Shown one piece after another: positions 48,351 through 55,560 of a DNA stretch of 64,000 nt (position 1 is its first letter; every line of letters begins with the position of its first letter). The stretch comes from Deltaproteobacteria bacterium (GTDB lineage Bacteria > Desulfobacterota > Dissulfuribacteria > Dissulfuribacterales > QOAL01): positions 11,375 through 75,374 of the forward strand of contig WGDC01000052.1 in NCBI GenBank assembly GCA_015493475.1, in the 5' to 3' direction. A program made the translations under genes and the position numbers. Under the pieces are notes generated by a model. That model saw nothing but the letters and a program-made list of their open reading frames with translations. It was not told the origin of the DNA and did not search any database.

Positions 48351-49403
48351 ATGGAAAGCATTGAAACCGGAAGTAACGAGGTTAAAGAGGAAAGAGAGGC
48401 GGTTTTCCAGCCGGTTGAACTCGCCATTAAATACCGCCGGCTTGCAGGTAAACGCACCGATTTCATAGAAAAGACCTTCCCCGCCCGTAAGGCCTATTCC
48501 GAGGAACTCAAGCGCGACCTCGACGAGATCATGCAGGCCATCATGGAGGAGGAATCCATGAGCAAGGTCCTCTCCCTACTTGGCACGAAATACGCCATCG
48601 AACGCACCCTGTTGGCAGAAGAACGAAATATCATGGCTGAGGAGAGGAACCTCCTTGGCGAAAAACGAACGCGCCGCTCCAAGATGAGGACAGAGCTTGC
48701 TGAACAGCGCAGCGGGCTTGCCCGTATCAGGACAATGCTGGCCAAGAGCCGGTCCTATCTTGCGGAAAAACGCACCATCATGGCGCAACAGCGGACCGTT
48801 CTGGCCAAGGCCCGCACGGAGCTGGCCTTTATTCGGACAGGCGTTGCCCTGGTAGCCCTCGGCAGCGCATTGATCCGTTACTTTGGGATAGACTGGTGGA
48901 CCATCACGGACGGCACGATACTACTCCTCGGTGTAGTAATGATTGGCCTCGGTATCTACTTTTACCTGAGCCACAGAAAGGAAGAGGCTAACCTGCTCGA
49001 TATCATAAGGCAGAAAGAAGAAGAACTGATGCAGCGCAAACCCCGCATCCTGGTCCTCGATGACGATATGGCCGTCTGCAAGATGCTCAAGATATACTTG
49101 GAAAAGTCAGGATACGACGTAGAGGCCTTCACTAACCCGCATATCGCCAAGCAGCGGCTCGAAGCCGGGCAATTCGACGTGGTAATTACAGACTTGATGA
49201 TGGAGGGGATGACCGGCATTGAAATACTTAAATTGGTAAAACGGCTTTCGCCACAGACCCAGGTTATAATGATTACCAGAATGGATGAACAGTATATCGA
49301 AGAGGTCAAGGACGAACTCTTCGACTATTTTTCAAAACCGGTGGACGTGAAAAAACTGCTATCGAGTGTAAAACGAGCGGTTCAGGAAAGAATATTGGTA
49401 TAG
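48351..49403 (+). CDS. Membrane protein: DUF202 (YidH)-like repeat region plus 2 TM segments plus C-terminal receiver domain
   Basis: ERTxLA-type DUF202 motif repeated. TM segments GVALVALGSALIRYF and LLLGVVMIGLGIYFY. Receiver residues are all present: LVLDDD, VVITDLMMEGMTG, VIMITR, FSKP. Confidence 0.7.
   Translation: MESIETGSNEVKEEREAVFQPVELAIKYRRLAGKRTDFIEKTFPARKAYSEELKRDLDEIMQAIMEEESMSKVLSLLGTKYAIERTLLAEERNIMAEERNLLGEKRTRRSKMRTELAEQRSGLARIRTMLAKSRSYLAEKRTIMAQQRTVLAKARTELAFIRTGVALVALGSALIRYFGIDWWTITDGTILLLGVVMIGLGIYFYLSHRKEEANLLDIIRQKEEELMQRKPRILVLDDDMAVCKMLKIYLEKSGYDVEAFTNPHIAKQRLEAGQFDVVITDLMMEGMTGIEILKLVKRLSPQTQVIMITRMDEQYIEEVKDELFDYFSKPVDVKKLLSSVKRAVQERILV
48600..48851 (+). repeat. 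12 tandem in-frame 21-bp (heptad) repeats encoding x-R-(T/N/S)-x-(L/M)-(A/G/S)-x
   Basis: ERTLLAE ERNIMAE ERNLLGE KRTRRSK MRTELAE QRSGLAR IRTMLAK SRSYLAE KRTIMAQ QRTVLAK ARTELAF IRTGVAL. Confidence 0.85.
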
Positions 49404-49413
49404 GAGATTCAAC

Positions 49414-51978
49414 ATGATCAGATTATGGAAGTCCCTCCACGGGGCAAAAAAGGTAAAAGAAACGGATGCGGAGCAGCGCATCCGGGAAAAATACGAGGCA
49501 TTCATAACCATCCTGTCAGAAAATTCCCATGCCCTCGAGCTTATGACAGACTTGGAAAAGAAATACCTCGACAAGCAGCTAATCAGCATCCCGTACCTGA
49601 AAAACATGGTGCGCAACCTTTCAAAGAGCGTCTGCAACGTCGTTTATAACCTGGAACAGCTGTCTGGCCATAAATACGAGGTATTAAGCGACATATACGA
49701 CAACATAGAAAGGGAAATCCGGCAAATACTTACTGGAAGAAAGGTCCCGGTCTTTACGCCAACGGTTATCCCCATGGACGATATCCGCCGTGAACACATT
49801 GACAAGGTAGGCAGCAAGATGGCCAACCTTGGGGAGCTACGCAACCGCCTCCATATCAATGTCCCTGACGGTTTTGCAATAACAACCTGCGCATACACCC
49901 ATTTCGCCGAGTATAATGACCTGCCTCGCAAGATTTCACGGATTCTGACCGACCTAGACTTTACAAACAGCCAGGACCTACTGCAGGCGGAAAAGGACCT
50001 CAAACAACTCATAATGGAAGCGGAAATGCCTCCTGAACTCGAGGATGCGGTACAGAGCATCAGTTCGAAACTCGAAGAAAAACATGGCCGGGAAATGTTA
50101 TGGGCCGTGCGAAGCAGCGCCATAGGGGAAGACCTTGAAAATTCGTTCGCCGGCCAGTTCTCAAGCATTCTGAACGTGCCAACCGACGAGTTGCTGGAAA
50201 AATACAAGGAAGTAGTCGCCAGCAAGTACAACGCCCGTAACATGCTCTACCAGCGGATGAAGGATATCCGGCCAGAGGACGTCAACATGAGCGTGGGAAT
50301 CATCGAAATGGTCCGTCCGGTATCTTCAGGTGTCCTATATACGGTAGAGCCAATGCGGCCTGCATCCGGGGAGCTAATCATTTCTGCGGTCTGGGGCCTA
50401 GGGCAGCTGCTAGTAGAAGGCGTGATTTCTGCCGACGTGTTTCTAGTCAAGAGGAATAGAGACTTTCCGGTCTCCAAGGAAGAGATCGCCCAAAAGGAAA
50501 TGTACCTTAAATGCGAGGAAAAGGGCGGAGTAAGGCACGTGGAACTATCCGAGGAAGAAGGGAAAAAACCGTGCCTTACCAAGGAACAGATAAAGGTTCT
50601 GGCAAAGACGGGCCTTGAGATAGAGAAATATTTCAAGGCGCCACAGGATATAGAATGGTGTTTTGACCAACAGGGCAACCTGGTCATACTCCAGACCAGG
50701 CCCCTGCATATTATTGACCACAGGCGGCAGAGAAAATACAAGGGTTCTATCAAAGCGCCTGTAATAGTCAACAACGCCAGAATCGTGGCAAGCGGTGTAG
50801 GTGCAGGCCCGGCATGCAAGGTCATGGACATCCACGAGGTGTTCTCGTTTCCTGAAGGGGGAGTGCTGGTGCTGCGAAATTCCTCTCCGCGTTTCATAGG
50901 CGCCCTTACGAAGGCCTCAGCAGTAGTCATTGAGAAGGGAAACCGCACGGACCACATGGCCTCTGTAATCAGGGAGATGAAGGTGCCATGCCTCATAAAG
51001 ATCCCCTCGATCTTTTCGACCCTGCAAAACGGCCAGGAGATAACTGTCGATGCCACCGAAGGGGTAATCTACGAAGGCAGGGTAAACGAACTGCTCGAAA
51101 CAGAGGATATCGAGGTATCCGCCCCTCCCGTAGACGTAACAAAGACGGAATCGTACCGGCTTCTCTCAGGGATTGCGCCTTACATCTTCCCACTCAACCT
51201 TACGGATCCGAGGACCAGCGAGTTTAGGGAAGATGCCTGCAAAACCTGGCACGACATACTGCGTTTCAGTCATGAAACGGCCCTTAACGAGATGTTTCTC
51301 CTAAACCAGAAGGGCAAGATTGACATGGTGAAAAACGTGTACCAGGTCGTATCAAACCTGCCATTCAAGCTCTATGTTTTCGATCTCTTTGGAAATGTGG
51401 TCAAGGGAGAAAAGGGTAGAAAAATTAGACCTGAGAGAATAAAGTCTAAGCCATTCCAGGAACTTTGGCGCGGTATGACCGCCCTTGACGTTTCCTGGAG
51501 TGGGCCCACGAGACAGATGAACGCCAAGGAACTGCTGTCCGCCATGACGCGAACAACAGCCCTTGAGACAAAGGCGGAATATGGCAAGAGTTACGCCATC
51601 GTAACCCCCGAGTTCCTGAATATGAGTCTAAGCATGGGTTACCATTACGTGACCCTGGACTGTTACATATCAAAGGATCCTTACAACAACTACATTTCAT
51701 TATCGTTCAAAGGAGGCGCCGCAGGAGCAAAAAAAAGGCACCTGCGCGTCCTCCTGATAGCTGAAATCCTGAGGCCTCTCGGCTTTGGAGTAACTGTCAA
51801 AAACGACTTCTTAAAGGCCAGGATCAAGGCCGAAACGAGCAAGGAACTCATGAAGATCCTTTACGTGATTGGACGCATGCTAGCCGTAACAAGGTTACTT
51901 GACGTAGCCCTTGAAGATGAAAAAATGGTCGAGGAATGTGCGCATAGATTTTACGAGCATAAGCCCCTTGTAGAATAA
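49414..51978 (+). CDS. PpsA/PPDK-like ATP-grasp + swivel-His phosphotransferase with a non-PpsA C-terminal domain (paralogue A)
   Basis: AVRSSAIGEDLENSFAGQFSSILNV, DIEWCF..LVILQTRP, and swivel GNRTDHMASVIREMKVPCL. The C-terminal ~280 aa lack TIM-barrel motifs. AGGAG lies 8 nt before the ATG. Confidence 0.8.
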   Translation: MIRLWKSLHGAKKVKETDAEQRIREKYEAFITILSENSHALELMTDLEKKYLDKQLISIPYLKNMVRNLSKSVCNVVYNLEQLSGHKYEVLSDIYDNIEREIRQILTGRKVPVFTPTVIPMDDIRREHIDKVGSKMANLGELRNRLHINVPDGFAITTCAYTHFAEYNDLPRKISRILTDLDFTNSQDLLQAEKDLKQLIMEAEMPPELEDAVQSISSKLEEKHGREMLWAVRSSAIGEDLENSFAGQFSSILNVPTDELLEKYKEVVASKYNARNMLYQRMKDIRPEDVNMSVGIIEMVRPVSSGVLYTVEPMRPASGELIISAVWGLGQLLVEGVISADVFLVKRNRDFPVSKEEIAQKEMYLKCEEKGGVRHVELSEEEGKKPCLTKEQIKVLAKTGLEIEKYFKAPQDIEWCFDQQGNLVILQTRPLHIIDHRRQRKYKGSIKAPVIVNNARIVASGVGAGPACKVMDIHEVFSFPEGGVLVLRNSSPRFIGALTKASAVVIEKGNRTDHMASVIREMKVPCLIKIPSIFSTLQNGQEITVDATEGVIYEGRVNELLETEDIEVSAPPVDVTKTESYRLLSGIAPYIFPLNLTDPRTSEFREDACKTWHDILRFSHETALNEMFLLNQKGKIDMVKNVYQVVSNLPFKLYVFDLFGNVVKGEKGRKIRPERIKSKPFQELWRGMTALDVSWSGPTRQMNAKELLSAMTRTTALETKAEYGKSYAIVTPEFLNMSLSMGYHYVTLDCYISKDPYNNYISLSFKGGAAGAKKRHLRVLLIAEILRPLGFGVTVKNDFLKARIKAETSKELMKILYVIGRMLAVTRLLDVALEDEKMVEECAHRFYEHKPLVE

Positions 51979-52170
51979 GGAAAAGCGGCTCCACCGCAAC
52001 ATTACGCAGAAGATAGCGGAAGCAGACAGAAGCTTCAGGCAAGAGGCTTCAATGCTTAACTCCTTGCCACTGCCAATTTTTTTGAAGCGGTTTCCCCTGA
52101 TGGTATTACTACGCCGGCTGCCGGGAATTAAAACCCAGCACAACAGCGCCTATAGAGACATTACAGGAAA

Positions 52171-53652
52171 ATGTTTGAACTGATTCCCATGCACATAAAA
52201 AATCATCTCGGCAGAAAGTGTTACATGAAATCCCTGAAGTTCAAGCTGATCTCCAGCTTTACGGTGGTATTTCTGATTACGGCCCTGTCGTCCATCGCCT
52301 CCATTTTTGCCATCTCGAGGGTGGAACATAAGATGCAGGTTATGGAGCATATGCAGCTCATCACTCTCCAAACCTTGCTCGTCCGCCAAAAGGAAAAAAA
52401 TTTTCTGCTCTATGGCAACCTCCGGGAACTTGCAGAAGCCAGGAAACTGCTCGCTACCATAAAGGGACGGATATCAAGGCTTGCCCCGGTGTACATGGAG
52501 GATTTCAAGAATGTGAATGTACTCATGGATTCCTACGAAGGGATAATTGACGAATTTCTTTCTCGAAAGCCAGGCAAATTATCGAAAGACGCCCTCAAGG
52601 CATCCCTTAGACGTCAAGGCCACAAGCTTATGAGCCTGATTCTCAACCGTGCCAATAATCTAAAGGACAGGCTCGAAACACAGATCCTCAGATATAAGGA
52701 GATGTCTTTTCTCCTGCTCTCGGTGGCCATACCAGTCGGTCTCCTCCTGTGCCTTTTTCTATCAGAATGGATCTTGCAGCCAATAGAGTATGTGCGTAAC
52801 CAGGCCATCAACGTGATGAGCGGAAAGATAAAGTCCATTCCCGTTGAACCAATAGCTAACAAGTGCATTGAATGCGACGGCCTAGTGCGTTCCATCAACA
52901 AGATGCTCGATACCATCGAGTCAAAACAACAGCAGCTCATCCAGTCCGAGAAACTTGCCGCCATCGGTAAGGTAATGGCGGGCATAGCTCACGAGATAAA
53001 CAACCCCCTTAACAATATCAGCCTAACCGCAGAGGTCATGCTTGAGGACATGGAAAACATGAGCGAGGAAGAAAGGAGACAGATGATAAACGACATACTG
53101 GTCCAGTCTGAACGCGCAAGGGACATCGTTCATCATCTCCTCCAGTTCTCCAGGATGAAAAAATCAGCCATCCGTGAAAAGGTTGACCTTGCAGAGCTCG
53201 TTGAGAACACCCTGGCGCTCCTGAAAAACGAGCTAAGAATAACCCATACCAAGATCAAGACGACAATAGAAAAGGGGGCGGGAATCATTTACGGCAATAC
53301 CAACCAGTTGCAGCAAGTGCTTGTTAATATTATCCTTAACGCAATCCAGGCTACTGGGGAAGGGGGCAACATAGAAATATGGCTCAAGGTGGATAGGGAC
53401 AAAAATAAGGCCTGCCTGTCCGTGAGGGATAACGGGCCGGGAATACAGCGGGAAGTTCTTAAACACATACTCGAGCCGTTCTATACCACCAAGAAGGACG
53501 GCACCGGGCTGGGGCTATCAGTGAGCTACGGGATAATTAAGGAACACAAGGGCGATATCCATATAGATAGCAAGATGGGTAAAGGCACCACTGTCACCAT
53601 CGAGCTCCCCCTGACAGGAAACAATGAGGACAGCCGCATTGAGAAACAATAA
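52171..53652 (+). CDS. Sensor histidine kinase (2 TM segments, periplasmic loop, HisKA + HATPase_c)
   Basis: H-box AGIAHEINNPLN, N-box NAIQAT, DNGPGI, GTGLGLS. The start may instead be Met 52225. Confidence 0.85.
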   Translation: MFELIPMHIKNHLGRKCYMKSLKFKLISSFTVVFLITALSSIASIFAISRVEHKMQVMEHMQLITLQTLLVRQKEKNFLLYGNLRELAEARKLLATIKGRISRLAPVYMEDFKNVNVLMDSYEGIIDEFLSRKPGKLSKDALKASLRRQGHKLMSLILNRANNLKDRLETQILRYKEMSFLLLSVAIPVGLLLCLFLSEWILQPIEYVRNQAINVMSGKIKSIPVEPIANKCIECDGLVRSINKMLDTIESKQQQLIQSEKLAAIGKVMAGIAHEINNPLNNISLTAEVMLEDMENMSEEERRQMINDILVQSERARDIVHHLLQFSRMKKSAIREKVDLAELVENTLALLKNELRITHTKIKTTIEKGAGIIYGNTNQLQQVLVNIILNAIQATGEGGNIEIWLKVDRDKNKACLSVRDNGPGIQREVLKHILEPFYTTKKDGTGLGLSVSYGIIKEHKGDIHIDSKMGKGTTVTIELPLTGNNEDSRIEKQ

Positions 53653-55030
53653 TTCTAAAAAGATAGACACCTACAGGGTGATGATCCTCGATGACGAGGA
53701 AATAACGGTAAAACGGCTATTGAAAGGGCTTGGTGCGGCCAAGGAGCTAAGGGTGGAAGGCTTTATCCTCGCAAAGGACGCCTTGGAAGAGATGAGAAAG
53801 TCGCCCCCGGACATCATTATCTCGGACATAAAACTGAAGGACGCACATGGCCTCGATCTGATCGATAAAATCAAGGTAAATTCCCGTAACACCCTTATCA
53901 TACTCATGACCGGCTACGCGTCCATAGATCAGGCGGTAAAGGCCACCAAAAAAGGCGCATTTTACTACATAGCCAAGCCTTTTTCCATTAAGGAACTACG
54001 GCAGACCGTTTCAGAGGCTATAGAACTCATCAGATCACGCCGGCAGAGGAACATGATAATCGACCAGTTAGGCCGGGAAGGAAGGCTTGGGGAAATTATA
54101 GGTTCCACCCCGGAGATGCTGCAAATATTCAAGACCATAAAACAGATCGCCCCAATAGACTGCAACGTGCTGATAAAGGGCGAGACTGGAACGGGCAAGG
54201 AACTTGTGGCCAAGGCCCTGCACCTGCACAGCAAGAGAAACAGGCATCCCTTTGTTTCCTTTAACTGTGGGGCCTTTACAGAAGAACTTATCGCAAACGA
54301 GCTGTTCGGACACGAAAAAGGGGCCTTTACCGGAGCCAACTCAACAAAGCTCGGGCTACTTGAAACCGCATCAGGGGGAACCGTATTTCTTGACGAAATA
54401 GGAGAAATGCCCCTGTCCATGCAGGTGAAACTCCTGAGGGTCCTGCAGGAAAACACCATATTCAGGCTCGGAGGAACCACGCCCGTAGGAATAGATTGCC
54501 GCTTCGTGGCCGCTACCAATAGGAATCTCGATAAGATGGTAAGCAAAGGGGCCTTCAGGCAGGATCTCTTTTACAGGCTAAAAGTTGTGACCATCGCCCT
54601 GCCACCCCTGCGAAAGAGGAGAGAAGACATACCTGCCCTAGCTGTCTACTTTGCCAAGAAAGCCGCCAAAAAATTTGGTAAGCCAACCCCAAGAATCGGC
54701 AACGATTTTCTTGACGCCATAGTGGAATATCGGTTTCCAGGCAACTGCAGGGAGTTAGAGCACATGGTGGAAAGGGCCGTGGCACTTAGCCGTGGAAGCC
54801 GGCTGACAACGGAAGACCTGCCGCCTGACCTGTGGCTCCTGCAAGAACCCCAAAAACAGATAAAGGAAACAGCGTCTCTCAGAAAGCTCGAAATCGACTA
54901 TATAATGGATGTTTATAAAAAGACCGGCTTTAACCAGAGTGAGACCGCGCGGATTCTCGGAATATCAAGGACCACGCTTTGGAGAAAACTGCGACGGTTC
55001 AATATAACCTCAAGAAAACAGCTACCCTGA
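53624..55030 (+). CDS. NtrC-family sigma54-dependent response regulator
   Basis: Intact receiver (ILDDEE, IIISDIKL, LMTGY, AKPF), AAA+ GETGTGKE, GAFTGA, FLDEIGEM, and HTH ETARILGISRTTLWRKL. The start may be 53681. Confidence 0.9.
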   Translation: MRTAALRNNNSKKIDTYRVMILDDEEITVKRLLKGLGAAKELRVEGFILAKDALEEMRKSPPDIIISDIKLKDAHGLDLIDKIKVNSRNTLIILMTGYASIDQAVKATKKGAFYYIAKPFSIKELRQTVSEAIELIRSRRQRNMIIDQLGREGRLGEIIGSTPEMLQIFKTIKQIAPIDCNVLIKGETGTGKELVAKALHLHSKRNRHPFVSFNCGAFTEELIANELFGHEKGAFTGANSTKLGLLETASGGTVFLDEIGEMPLSMQVKLLRVLQENTIFRLGGTTPVGIDCRFVAATNRNLDKMVSKGAFRQDLFYRLKVVTIALPPLRKRREDIPALAVYFAKKAAKKFGKPTPRIGNDFLDAIVEYRFPGNCRELEHMVERAVALSRGSRLTTEDLPPDLWLLQEPQKQIKETASLRKLEIDYIMDVYKKTGFNQSETARILGISRTTLWRKLRRFNITSRKQLP

Positions 55031-55055
55031 AGGCATGGCGAGGCTGTATACCTTG

Positions 55056-55448
55056 TTAACCTGATGCCCCATTTTTCGCAGCCCGCAGCACTGACTCCTT
55101 CAACTCGCTCAACCTGAAAGGCTTTACCATGAAATCAAAAACACCGTTTTTGAACGCCTCCTTGGCGGTTTCAGGTTTTGCGTAGCCTGTTATAATGATG
55201 ACCTTGGAGTCAGGATTCATCTGTTTCGCCCTGCGTAGGACCTCCATTCCATCCATTTCTTCCATCTTGAAATCTGTAATCACGATATCAAAGGGATTTT
55301 CCTTCATGAACTCAAGAGCAGAAAGGGGATCGGTAAATACCTCCACGTGAAATCCCATCTTGCCAAGGACCTGCTTCAGCCTCCTACCCACAATTGGCTC
55401 GTCATCGATTATTACAGCACGCTGCAGCGCGTCTGACTCATCCGCCAT
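55056..55448 (-). CDS. Single-domain (CheY-like) response regulator
   Basis: VIIDDEPIV, IVITDFKMEEMDG, VIIITGY and MVKPF: all receiver signature residues are present. Confidence 0.9.
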   Translation of the reverse strand: MADESDALQRAVIIDDEPIVGRRLKQVLGKMGFHVEVFTDPLSALEFMKENPFDIVITDFKMEEMDGMEVLRRAKQMNPDSKVIIITGYAKPETAKEAFKNGVFDFMVKPFRLSELKESVLRAAKNGASG

Positions 55449-55560
55449 TTGAAACTCCAGAAACGAGATTTTCCGGCATCTTGCTACTACTTCCCACTCT
55501 TTCCTCTTTCATGCTTCAAACATTAACACATTTTTGAAAAAACCGAAACGCAGGAAGGCG

